62,375 bases of DNA, filler included, from Aduncisulcus paluster (GCA_024181965.1; 5 parts of 5 records of this genome joined end to end with filler, not necessarily neighbours in it), one strand, 5' to 3'. Counted from the whole stretch's first letter, positions 1 to 11,309 are shown. A program made the numbers and translations. The notes: generated from the sequence alone by a model not told the origin.

Positions 1-489
1 TGATAAATCAGGATTCTCGACTCGATCTAATGCTGCCTCAACCCTCGTACGGAAGGAGTCAACGCTGATCCCTTGAAGAAAATACTTCTTCGTCAGAGCA
101 GGGGAGGGTCGTTCTTCCTCAGCCACCAGTCGAATCGTCTTCCGGAATTGTTTAACGTAAATGGCTACAGCTTTTTCGGTTACCTCAGTCAAAACAAGCT
201 TCTCGAAACGGTAAAGGGCATCAAGTCCAGATAATTTCCCAAAGAAAGATGAAACAGCCTCAACAAAAGTAGACTCAGAGGCTCGAACTTCTTCAGGAGT
301 CATATCCTCGGGATTAGGTAACTTAACATGGCAAACGTCTTCGTAGATGGATAAGATATCCAAATCAATCAGAGTATACATGTCAGCAGTACCATGTCGT
401 GCTCGGTATTGTTCGTAAGCAGATTCAAAACGAGCGAAGTCTTTTTGCGAATAAAGAGCCAGAAAAGGGGGTCTTAGTGAGTCAGACAT
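1..489 (-). CDS. Gag-like protein of an LTR retrotransposon, running off the window start
   Basis: Manual translation from ATG at 489: MSDSLRPPFLALYSQKDFARFESAYEQYRARHG...KKYFLQGISVDSFRTRVEAALD, open to base 1. The N-terminal P-x-L...F..F...Y..Y...G pattern is shared with ORFs at 11495, 17674 and 25883. Confidence 0.6.
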   Translation of the reverse strand, partial: MSDSLRPPFLALYSQKDFARFESAYEQYRARHGTADMYTLIDLDILSIYEDVCHVKLPNPEDMTPEEVRASESTFVEAVSSFFGKLSGLDALYRFEKLVLTEVTEKAVAIYVKQFRKTIRLVAEEERPSPALTKKYFLQGISVDSFRTRVEAALDRVENPDLS

Positions 490-763
490 TTTTTGGTGAT
501 TAAGATCTTAATGTGCCAGTAATGCTTGAGTCAAATTTATTAGAAATATTTCAACAGCGTTCATCTATAAATAGAACATCGAGAAAGAAGTAAAACGATA
601 ATAAAAGTAGATAAAAGGTCTTAGTGAGTCAGACATTTTTTGGTGATTAAGATCTTAATGTGCCAGTAATGCTTGAGTCAAATTTATTAGAAATATTTCA
701 ACAGCGTTCATCTATAAATAGAACATCGAGAAAGAAGTAAAACGATAATAAAAGTAGATAAAA
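470..763. repeat. Perfect 147-bp tandem duplication covering the gag start codon and upstream region
   Basis: 470-616 is identical to 617-763 (ggtcttagtgagtcagacat...aaagtagataaaa). Confidence 0.9.
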
Positions 764-957
764 TATAATTATAGAAATAAATTATAAGCTGTTATAATTT
801 ATTTCAAGTCTAATACACCACAAGAAAGGCAGCCAGAGTGTGGGTCCTGGAGTAGAGAGTTGGGATAGGTCAGCAGAGATCTCTATCATCTCTCCGGCGA
901 GAGCGATGATGAGGTCAACCGAGGGGAGCTCGAAATCCTCGGCATGGGCATCAGCCA

Positions 958-1130
958 CTATGCCGAGGTTTCGCCAGAAAGTTGGAATGTCACAAGAAAG
1001 ACACCTGAGCAGAAACCACTTGGTGTTGACCAAGCAACCTCAGAGAAGAACGAATTTGGGCAGCAGCTATGGTTGGCAAAATGCCCTACCCCTTTAGAGA
1101 TTGCGGAGGGCAGAATAATTCTGTCACCAA
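958..1130 (-). pseudogene. Frameshifted C-terminal part of the SET domain
   Basis: GVGHFANHSCCPNS matches the SET NHSC-x-PN motif and lies in the adjacent frame directly after the YR-SET ORF. Confidence 0.8.
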
Positions 1131-2353
1131 AGGACATTATGTCCTTCGATGACCGAACGTGTTTCCTCTGATGACAGAATTTTCCTGGCACCAACGTGAC
1201 AGGTGAGGCCAGAGAACTCACACAGAAAGGTTTTTGCAGGAACAGCAACCTTCGTCTTCAGACAAAACCCCACTTCATAATTCTTCCAAGCAGCATAAGT
1301 CAGTGGGGTCTCCCAAAGACTCAGGGAAACGTCCCCATAATCATGACCATCGATTCTAACCAGCAGGTTAGGGTAAGTACAAAGGGTCATGACGTGTGAG
1401 CCAACGGTTCTTGCTACTTCTTCGTCGGTCGGATTTCGCCTAGGGCGACAGCAAAGTTTACCGACGTAAGCGGCGAGGACAGAGTTCTTGTTGACACTTC
1501 TCCCCCTTACAAAAACACCCTTCCCCATTTCCGAAGTCTCACGAACCTCCACTTTCCGTTCAGTATCACTAAACAGTTGCATAAAAGTCCTTTTAGCAAT
1601 CTTCGGAAGTGTACCCACACGAGCTTTACACAGATGAGAAAGAGCGAGAGGAGAAGCATTGGGGTAAACCAGGGAACAGATCTTCTTGTCAAGATCAGAG
1701 AGAGGAACAAGGGGAGGAATCTTCAAAGAAGACAGAGATTCGGAAGCAGTTTCCAAAAAATTCAACCAATCTTCCTTATCTCCAGAAACAGCGCAAGTTC
1801 TATCCAGGTAGATTTGCGTTGTTTTCGAATCAGAGTGCCTTCCCAATTGTCTTAGTTGCCCTTCATCCCCACCAAGCAAACGGTACACACCAAGCATTGT
1901 CCGCTTTAGAGAGTGAGGTTTGACATCAGTTCCCGCGGCACCTTTATACACACGTTTCAGAGACTGATAAAAAGTGCTTCTACGGTCTTCTACATCCTCA
2001 AAAAACAGAATAGAGTCCTCGCAGGAGTGTCCAGAAGCAGAGTGACACTTCTTGAGGAGCTCAAACGTGTTATTGAGGGCAAGAACAACATTCCGACGCA
2101 GAAAAGTAGGGAGAAAAGACAGTAGATTGGTTCCACTTTGTTTAACCACAGCACTCTTACAGGCAAAGTCCATGTAAGGCTCAGAAATACCAAAGTGGCA
2201 CTCGGAAAACTTCACGTTAGAGAGATCACCACCCCGAAGACACAAGAAGAGCTGACAAGAGAAAGCTAACAAATATTGTATAGCTTTCTCTCTTCTCTCA
2301 ACATCAAGGGCACAGGAAAATTTTGACAAAATATCATCAAGGATCTTCTCCAA
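1124..2353 (-). CDS. Tyrosine recombinase (Crypton/DIRS-like YR domain) fused to a SET domain
   Basis: YR catalytic signature LRGGDL...KPHSLKR...LGRHSDSKTTQIY, followed in frame by a SET N-terminal motif VEVRETSEMGKGVFVRGRSVNKNSVLAAYVGKL and a second one, GFCLKTKVAVPAKTFLCEFSG. The frame continues upstream past a single TAA (2408-2410) into ORF 2408-2875. Confidence 0.8.
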   Translation of the reverse strand: MEKILDDILSKFSCALDVERREKAIQYLLAFSCQLFLCLRGGDLSNVKFSECHFGISEPYMDFACKSAVVKQSGTNLLSFLPTFLRRNVVLALNNTFELLKKCHSASGHSCEDSILFFEDVEDRRSTFYQSLKRVYKGAAGTDVKPHSLKRTMLGVYRLLGGDEGQLRQLGRHSDSKTTQIYLDRTCAVSGDKEDWLNFLETASESLSSLKIPPLVPLSDLDKKICSLVYPNASPLALSHLCKARVGTLPKIAKRTFMQLFSDTERKVEVRETSEMGKGVFVRGRSVNKNSVLAAYVGKLCCRPRRNPTDEEVARTVGSHVMTLCTYPNLLVRIDGHDYGDVSLSLWETPLTYAAWKNYEVGFCLKTKVAVPAKTFLCEFSGLTCHVGARKILSSEETRSVIEGHNVLW

Positions 2354-2871
2354 GACATTGAGAGGGACAACAGGGGGAGGACGAGAGGGTGTCTTTTGGG
2401 GAGGCAGTTAGGGAATCAAGGATAAACTTTTCCTCGGGAGTGAAGAAGGGCAAGTCACGAAGAACCATTTTGAGTCGACCATAAAGAGAGGTCGACAGGT
2501 AATGTTGGGCAGAGCATTACGAAAACGGCGAGAGAGGAAAGTGTATAACTCCTTAAGGAGACGTAGGCTCTTGCCACTCTCTTTCAGAAACTGGGAAACA
2601 GCAGAAAATGAAAAATCACTACAGAGAAGGTCCTGAAAGTGCGGAAAGACAGTGGGATCAGCTACCGAACGGAGTCGGTGAGAGGACGCAATAGTGGCCT
2701 TAAGAGGCAGAAAGTCGGAGACAAAGGGTGGGGATTTAGTCCCGCATTTACACTTGATGAATAACTGCCTTTCGTGCTTAAATCGGAGTTCATATCCTTC
2801 CAGCGAGTCATCATTCACCATTGGGATTTTTTCATTTAGCTTGTTTATCTCCTTGAGTAGAGTTTGTTCTC

Positions 2872-3906
2872 TCATTTTCCCATTATTCTTCTTCTTTCTT
2901 CCTTACGTTGGATAGCCTCGATATGATGGCTTGAATGGCCGATTCCTGCCATGTGAGCTCGTCCGGCATCGCCGTATGCAATCAGAAGCTTCTTTTTCTC
3001 GTCCCCTGCCAGACGGACCAAGATGCTCCCGAAACGCATTACAAAGGAATTTTTTCTAATTATGTTACCAAATTTATGGCGTCTGAACACTGGGGCTTCG
3101 CGTAATTTTGAAAGTGAATCCCAATGGTGAAGGAGCTGCTTAAATCGGAGTTCATGTCCGTCCAACGAGTCATCCTTCACCATTGGGATTTTATCTTGGA
3201 GCTTATTGATCTCATTGATAAGAGTTTTTTCTCTCACTTTTCCGTTCTTCTTCTTCTTTCTTCCTCTCCTTTTCTTTCCTCTTCGCTTTCTTCTTCCTCC
3301 TTTCTTCTTTTCTTCTCTCTCTTTCTCTTTTTCTCTTTGCCAAGGAAAAAAGGCCTTTCTTCCTCTTCCTCTACATCTTTTTGAAACAAGATATCCCCCA
3401 CCATCAACAATTGTTCTTAAGGAGGGAAGGCTCATGTTGACGGTAGGGGATAACTCTAACTATCTGGTCTTTGATGTGGCTGTGGTACTGTTCGGAACCA
3501 GATATCACAGCCACACCAATAGGGAACTTATTCCAGGGTCTAAGCCCACACACATCACTGGAGAAGAAATAAGAGGAGGAGCAAGTGGTGATGAAGATGG
3601 AGTTGAAGAAGAAGTAGGAGCAAGAGAAGAGGAAAGAGACGAATAAGGGCTGGATCGGCTTGGGAACCCAAACAGAGTTCTCGTACTGATTCCATCCGTA
3701 TGGATGGAAAGTACCCCACAAGAACTCCGTTTGGGTTTCTCTACTTGGTTTCTAAACGTTTTTAACCTCTTGCCGAGGAGTTTCTTTCCTTTTTCGCTTA
3801 ATGTTAGTGGACGAGAAGTACAGGGGCGAGGGAGGGGATGAAATGCGGGGGAACCTTTGGTGTGGGGTAGAAGAGGGGGGACACGAATTTGGTTGGGGGG
3901 GATCAC
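2872..3906 (-). pseudogene. Fanzor1 (eukaryotic TnpB-like RNA-guided nuclease) remnant, C-terminally truncated
   Basis: Motifs in order: AFHPLPRP, SIHTDGISTRTLF (3691-3699), RuvC-I CVGLDPG (3532-3546), FRRHKFGNIIRK, LLIAYGDAG (2968-2982). ORFs 3505-3906 and 2872-3435 share a frame split by two stops. No RuvC-II/III motif was seen. Confidence 0.75.
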
Positions 3907-4088
3907 ACGTGCTATTGTGATAAAGGATTCTGTCTCTTAATAGCCGAATGTGTAGATGTCTCAATGAAAGATCATCTGACAAAAACGAAAAATATATTTA
4001 AAAAAAGGGCATTCCTATATATTTGTAAATCCTCTTGGGTCCAATCATGATGATGATTTCTTCCTCTTCATCCTCTTCTTCCTCTTCG

Positions 4089-5744
4089 TCAATATAATCG
4101 GCCGAGATCGTGGGCAGTGGTGTTCACGTAATTACCCTCGCTATGACTCAAGGGACTATCCCGGAGAAGAGTCCCTTCTTCACCACAGAACGCACCCATA
4201 TCGTCATCATCCCATCCTCCATCTGCACCAAACTCCTCCCCACACCCATATGGATCGGAGATCATCCCATTTTGGGGGATAGCACACGGCCAGTCAACCG
4301 AACCTTCTCTGACAACTTCCAGGACCTCAGAATCCCTGGTAATATTGATAGCGAAGTCAACCTTCTCATTGTGCTTTTCAAATGTCATTGAAAACTCAGG
4401 AAGGGAAGAAGAAGGTTGAACATCGCTCGCCAGCGCCATCTCGTATTTCGAGACACCCTCACCATTCACCAAGAAGTCAACAAGCCAATAATAGCCTCTT
4501 TAGGACTTACAGATTGACTCTCAAAAGAAAAATGACAATGTTGGAAAAGATGATCCGGCAAGAAACAAGGAACACCAAGATCACTCCTCCAACACGACTG
4601 TTTTCTTCCGACCTTACCCTGTCGAGATGCAAAGGTTTTCATACCCCGGAAAGACCGAACGACACTCCCTCTGGACCCAACTTTCACATCCTCTTCATGA
4701 AAGAGGAGATCAATCAGGTCCATAACAGAGCATCGACGGGCTTTACCATCGACTACGACCTTCACACTGAACATAGTGTATGGGTGATAGGACCTAATGA
4801 AAGGAACATTAAATACCCTTCGTAACACCGCAGAAACCCACATAAAATTGGAATTCATGAAAGCAAAGCGAGAAATATCAACGTCAGCTCCAATGGGAGT
4901 ACCGTGGGAAAAGGCACAGAGCTGTTCAAACAACATATCATAGACATTATCAGACTTCAACATCTCGTTGTCCAAAGGAGGCAAACAAACCTGTTTACCA
5001 TCTTTAATCAGAGATTTACGCATCGAAATACCAGAGAATGAGGGATGAAGAGCCTTACCACATCTAACCACTCGTTGAAGAGAAGACTCGGCAATGGGGC
5101 CATATTCAACGGGGACAGAATCACGGCTAGGAAGAGACACGCAAAAAGAACGATCTCCAGAAGGGGAGCAACGGAAGGGATAACGGATATCTCCAATGTC
5201 AAAGGGTCCAAGCAAACCTTGAATGACAGAATAAATCTGCTCCATGCAGAAAAGAAAACGATGCCTTGAGATCACAGATGACTGGACATCAATGTCTTTG
5301 TAGGTAGAGTCGAGCTCTCCAATGAGGCTGAGCTGCTCAGATTCAGATTTTCCGTAATCCAACACCCTCCCCACAGACGTGGGTAGAAATGGATAAGCCT
5401 CGAGCACGGCAAATCTGCTTGATACCAGCTATGGCGTCGGTAGGATCATCAACTGAAACGGAAGCAAGCTCAGCCATAGCTGCTGATAGCCTGGCAAGCT
5501 CTTTCTTCACGTGAGCCATCATCACAGCCTTCAAGTGTGAGGCATGCTTCTGAGGAGAAAGGAGATCACGAAGAGAAGCAGCTACACTTGGAGAAGCGGA
5601 TGGCCTGCAGCTTAGAAAGGTTCCAGGGGTCTCAGAAAGGGGATTAACACATTTTGTTATCTCTTTTAGAGAGGATTCGACATATGATATATTATGTAAT
5701 TTTCTTAGTAATTTATCTTCAAGTCGTGGTACATCATGCCACAC
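4089..5744 (-). pseudogene. Unknown element-encoded protein in three overlapping ORFs (5343-5744, 4466-5407, 4089-4472)
   Basis: Consecutive overlapping minus-strand ORFs consistent with one frameshifted gene; no recognised domain. Confidence 0.4.
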
Positions 5745-5939
5745 GATGAGGACATATGATATGTTATGTCTTCAAGTCGTGGTACACCATGCCACGTGTT
5801 GAAGTACAGTATAGTGGATATATTTTACTCAATATACTTTGAACATATTGAACAACGATTTCTGGTTGAAGAAAGACATTGTTTGCACATAGGATTATTG
5901 CAGGATGGACAAATCTTGCAAACTGTTTTCAATTGACAT

Positions 5940-6275
5940 CTACACGTCATTGTACTTTCCTTTTCTTCCTCTTCTTCCTTTTCTATCTTCAATTAACTTT
6001 TTTTTCTTATATTCAACCTGTTTTCTTTTATAATCATTTTTCCAATCAATCAAAGTATCATACATTAATAATGGAGAGTGAAATTGCGATTTTAAGAATC
6101 TCCTCAACCAACTTTCAGAGATCTTAGGGATTTTATGCTTAAGATTGGTCGTTGGATGAATTTTTAGCACACTATTTGCAAGTGAGACGAAAGTTTTTAT
6201 ATCTACAGGCCATTTTGTATACGATGGCGTTCTTAACTCTATCCTCGCAATACAATAGTGTTTGAGGATATTCAA
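5940..6275 (-). pseudogene. CENP-B/Tc5 (pogo-type) helix-turn-helix fragment
   Basis: KISESWLRRFLK resembles the S-x-G/S-W-L-x-R-F motif of HTH_Tnp_Tc5. Confidence 0.5.
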
Positions 6276-6538
6276 TACAATTTCCTTTTTTTACCTTTGA
6301 TTTTTTATCCTCTTTTCTCCCCATTGCAAAGAAAACAACAAATTTTTTGAAAATCTGATCTACATTTTTTCGAAAAAATTCTCGATTGAATAAGATGTCC
6401 ACGGCAACCAGCCAAAAGTCTTGCTTGGATATCTCCACACTTTTGTCTAACCCTGTGCTGAGAGTAAAAAGTATTCAGTAAGTCAATTTATTATAAACAA
6501 CGGAATCCCACTGCCTTCTAACTGTTTTCTCTACCCTT

Positions 6539-7516
6539 TCACCAAGGGGATTTCCTTGATAAGGCAACCCTAAGGTAGTTTTGGGCCTTATCAAGCATCT
6601 CCTCGCTCTCTTCCTCTTCCTCTTCTGCAGAAGGGAGCTGGTCTTTGATAATGTTTAGAAACACTTTGTAAAAATCTATGTCCTTCGCATCTAGAGAGAG
6701 ACAGAGAGAGAGAGGAAGTAAGATTAGAATTAACAAGAAGTAACAGAATTAACATTAGAAGTAATAGAAGTAATTAACAGTACGTACCGACATTAACAAT
6801 GCATTCCATACATGCGTCTATACTATCTAGGAAATAAAATGGAATTAGGGACGACGGATAGTGTATATCGCCATCAGGAGCCCATTGTACAGGCACACTT
6901 GGAATTCCACCAAGTATAATGCTTTGCTCGAACATTACGGCAGTAATTGAATACATAATTGAATTTTTATCGTGGGAAAAATAAATAAAATTGTCCATCT
7001 CCTCGTTAAATAAATTACTACTAGTAATAGTATCTAAATCGCCATCTTCAGCAGATAGTTCCCCTTCGAATGAACATAGTGGAGTAGATGGTGGTGGAGT
7101 AGATGGAAGTGGCACGCAAATGGAGCTGTAGAAAGAGATCTTTGAATAAGAAAATCATGGGAACGACGATAATAATCAAGACAAACATCCTCATCTTTAT
7201 CAAGCAGTGGAAGTCCCACTAAGACAGTGTGAGATTCTGGGAACAACAAAAGAGGTTGATACAACATTGAACCATCTGCGTGGGTTTCTTTGAGCCGTAG
7301 ATACCCTTGACATGGGCTGTCATCATCACCACAATGCCATGCACCTGGGAGGTCAATGTCTTTCCACGGAACAATGGTTCTTAGACAAATCGGATTTGTA
7401 CATTGAATCGAATAATGACAATTCCTAATGTTATCAACGGTGGAATCTTTGTGGAGGAAGGGTGTCAGATCCACACTTTCTTTTCGAAATCCACCTTTCT
7501 TAGTTTCAACGTACAC
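6539..7516 (-). pseudogene. Element-encoded protein with a CW-type zinc finger; spliced and frameshifted
   Basis: YSIQCTNPICLRTIVPWKDIDLPGAWHCGDDDSPC resembles zf-CW. The downstream ORFs 6774-7115 and 6539-6736 join in frame across an intron. Confidence 0.45.
6691..6787 (-). other. Spliceosomal intron (97 nt)
   Basis: Minus strand GTACGT...CTAAT...pyrimidine tract...CTAG. Removal joins ...CIVNV|DAKDIDFYK in frame. Confidence 0.7.
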
Positions 7517-8067
7517 ATCTTTAAAAAGATGTCTTCAACAATTGAATATTGTTATTCATATGGGGAAAAAGTTATGAGAACAGTTGTAAGAATGGATCAC
7601 CTCTAGGTAGCAAGCCCTTTCACAAGGAATAAGTGCTGATATTATACCCTTACGATCAAGATCTTCAATAGAAAGCACCCTAAAGGTTTCAGTGGGATAG
7701 TCTCCCTGAATCTCAGCGACATAGAACTCTTTCCGACAGTTGGGGCATTTTTTATAAGGCAGGTCTAGGATGTAGGNNNNNNNNNNNNNNNNNNNNTCAA
7801 CGTACACATCTTTAAAAAGATGTCTTCAACAATTGAATATTGTTATTCATATGGGGAAAAAGTTATGAGAACAGTTGTAAGAATGGATCACCTCTAGGTA
7901 GCAAGCCCTTTCACAAGGAATAAGTGCTGATATTATACCCTTACGATCAAGATCTTCAATAGAAAGCACCCTAAAGGTTTCAGTGGGATAGTCTCCCTGA
8001 ATCTCAGCGACATAGAACTCTTTCCGACAGTTGGGGCATTTTTTATAAGGCAGGTCTAGGATGTAGG
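7506..8067. other. Assembly overlap duplication around a 20-N gap
   Basis: 7506-7776 is repeated at 7797-8067 on either side of the N run. Confidence 0.9.
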
Positions 8068-8379
8068 AATACCTTGTCTTCCCAGACTGTGCATGGGTCA
8101 TGAGAACTCTTCACTCCAAAAAAATGGATGTTACCCAATCTTCGACGAACATGGAATGTTCACAAAGGAATAAGACAATATTAAGTATTTCACCTTTTTA
8201 TGGTTTGACATACCATCGAGAAAAACTTGTATTCATACGACAAGAAAAGGAATGTGTGGCAGTGATAGTTCTTCTTCTAGTTCGTATAGAACTTCCACCA
8301 GCTGTTTCTGCATCCAAAAACTTCTCTAATCACGGATTGAATCCATTCCGACGCTCGTCCAGATTCCAGAGAAGTATAT

Positions 8380-9200
8380 TATAGTGAAATGCATCGACTG
8401 CCGCTACGGCGGAATGTTAGTAGCATTCTTTCATCGGTCATAGCTGACATTCTTGTTTTTTCCAGCTGCTTCAGAAAGGATTTCCGATATGAATCAATGG
8501 ATAACAAGCAATTTTGATGGGGACTCTTAAAATATTGGTTTACCGGAACCAATAATAACTTTGGGAAATCCGAGGACAAATTCCTCGAGTTCGGCCGAGA
8601 CAAATTTGTATGTCCCTCTCTTCTCCTTTCCTCTTAGGCATTCCCACGCTGTCAAAAAGAAAGAGATAGGTGTCTTGGCATTTACATTTTGAACAGATTA
8701 GCCGGCCTTCATATCCAAGAATTGCCTTCCGCTGAGGAGTGTCAGCCACGATCGAGTGGAGGTAGCATCGGGGACGTGTCTGTTTACCATCCACTTCCAC
8801 AAGAAATCCCTTTTGTAGGGCCGCGACCTCGGCCACGAGCTTCTCCATGGCATCAATCGTGCCATCATGGGGAAATGCCCCAACCTCCCAAGTGTTATTC
8901 ATCAGTTTTCTCTCTTGGAGAGGGAGATTGATACACTGGGCCTTCACTACCAGCACACTTGTTCCACTCTTTTCAACCATGACGACTCCATCCAAGAAGA
9001 ACGGGAGCCCCACACACCATAAGCGTTCTGTTTGTTCAGTACAGTCAAGTTGGCACCAGTCAATTGCGTCTGCATGCCTCTGAAAGTTTACGCATTCCTC
9101 CCCGGTGGGAGGACTCAGGCCCATGCAGTCTCTGCATTTCAGCAGTTCATCCAGATTGTCAGTTATAATGGCTTTCAGGAGTGTCCGTTGAGTAATTCTT
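8380..9200 (-). pseudogene. CMC (EnSpm/CACTA-Mirage-Chapaev)/Plavaka-type DDE transposase, fragmented
   Basis: LPFFLDGVVMVEKSGTSV (first Asp), HSIVADTPQRKAILGYEGRLICSKC (second Asp plus CxxC), and VDAFH (D-x-x-H) in another frame near 8385-8400. Confidence 0.7.
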
Positions 9201-11085
9201 CTGGTAACATCAGCTCTTTGGCGGGATGAGACCGACGACGTGCAATAATTCGGATTTTGGATAAATTATTTCGCATGACGCATTTTGGGAATTTTTCGTG
9301 TACAAGATCATAAACGTGTTTCAAGACAAGTAATATTCTCTTCGGAGGTCACAGAACTTATGCCCGTACCGACAGAGACACCACGAAGTGGAGGTTATTT
9401 CCATCATTTATGAAGACTCCACTCTCTTTACGAAAAAAGACACAGTGAGAAAGAGCAGAAATATGGCCTCCTTGGAGATGGCTCGGCTATTGTTATTTCC
9501 CACGCAGGCATTATGCCAAACATCAATCATTTTTCTTCGGGGAAAGGTATCCCATTTGTTATGATATTTTAGGTATTTTTATATGATTTTATTCTATTTC
9601 TCATGTTGCTATTTTTAGCTTCGGTTTATTTGTTTGTTTCAGTAAATTTGCAACGTTATAACACCATTGTCTTTAGTCTTGGGAATTGGATTCGCAGCTG
9701 GTATGAAGGTACTACTAAAGTGGGCAAAGAAACTTATATTGGCTCAAAGGGGACATTAAAAAGAAACTCAGACCCATGCTGAGTAAACAATTATCAATTA
9801 CTAATTGTCAGTAACTTAAAATAAGGTGCATGTGTCTCAAAGTTCCAGCAAAAAGCCGTGCGGGAATAATGTAGTACAGTTATCGAAAATCGAAAATGAT
9901 CTGTCACGGAAGCAATTCAATGAATTTTTCATCTCCACCAAGATAGCAGATGTGAATAGGTTTATTACGGCGCTGTAAGATGTTCGCGACATCTATATAG
10001 TATTGGGCCTTTTATAGCTCAGCTGGTTTGTCAACAGTGTTGCAACACTTTGTCAACATAATATTGGATCGCCTGGAATATTCGGAACTTGCTGAAATGC
10101 AAAGAAAGTTTCTTCAATGCTTGAAGCCTTTGAAAATGTATGAATACATTGGGAAAATTATTATAACGTTTTAGCTTATCCAGCCGCTCGAGCTCGATTT
10201 CACCGAAGTTTGAGAGAGATCTCGCTCGTCTTGTATCCTTCTGACGGAGCAGCTCGACTTGTCTTTGGAGTCTTATAATAGCTTCTGAGCACCTGCTCTT
10301 TAACTGAGGTTCCTGTGATGGTTTCTTCGACCTCGTCTGGTTCTGGGTCATGTTAGTTTCTTCGTGATTGTCTAGGCATTACTACAGCTCGCGCTTGTTT
10401 AAATGTGAACAAGACAGGAGATGTTATCCTTGCGAGTATGAACCCGATCCGATCGGAGTGGGAGGTTCGTTATCAGAAAGCTTCGCACGTTAAGTCAATC
10501 AGCAATTATATCCTGGAATTCTTTTCTTAAGGAATAGGATAATCGACGGGGAGGAATATGAATCGTTTTTATTTTACAAAATGGCTTTTTAAGTCATTTG
10601 ACGCTCTTTCGATAATTTCTTTTTTTTGTAGATTCTAATCTTCCACACAATGCTCTATAACTAACCCAAACTTTAATCCCATTTCGATCCTTTTTTTCTA
10701 ACAGGTCAATTTCTTCAATCATTTTTCTTGTTTCTTTTCAAATGGCGATCATTTTTAGAATGAGTCTGATTGAACAATTTCTTTTATTATGGTATGGATA
10801 TTAGTATAATTGTAATTATATGTCACATATTTATTTATTTTACTTATTATTATTTATTTATTTTGATATCAATAATAGTCGGAAACACATTGATTAAACC
10901 ATTTTGATCATTTGTGTAGAGGGTTATTATTTCATAATAACTTGTAATTCGTTTGAAATCCTTAAAATATCCCATTCGATTGTCACTGAGAGGGTTGTGA
11001 TAGGAGCAAGAAGTAATCTATTGCTAAAGACTTTTCCAAAAGTTTTCAATGAATATAGTGGAGAGATATGTCGCACTAGTATAAT

Positions 11086-11146
11086 TGTTGACTGGTTATA
11101 GTTTCAGGCTTGAGTTCTATAATTAGAGCATCCTGAGAAGGTGACA
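11086..11146 (-). repeat. Short LTR-like repeat (TG...CA)
   Basis: tgttgactggtta...ttctataattagagcatcctgagaaggtgaca, related to 14148-14222. Confidence 0.5.
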
Positions 11147-11309
11147 GTATTAATACTGTTAACTTGGTACAATTTATTAAATAAAGAACGGACAACAAGG
11201 TCTAAAAATAGACACTGAGAAATTTTATGAAACGGTAAACAATATATTATATTATAACAGATATAATAACACTATTATAGCAGATATAATAACACTCAGT
11301 AAATTGTCT

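Larger units (their letters stand above)
782..9300 (-). mobile_element. Putative composite DNA transposon region: CMC transposase, zf-CW, CENP-B HTH, Fanzor1, YR-SET
   Basis: All recognisable ORFs are on the minus strand, similarly decayed by stops and frameshifts, and belong to mobile-element families. Termini were not identified. Confidence 0.5.

Noticed and set aside
5680-5795. Short ~53-bp tandem duplication
   Set aside because: A local duplication in decayed coding sequence with no further structure.
7506-8067. Apparent tandem duplicate CxxC ORFs
   Set aside because: Identical flanks around a 20-N gap indicate an assembly overlap.
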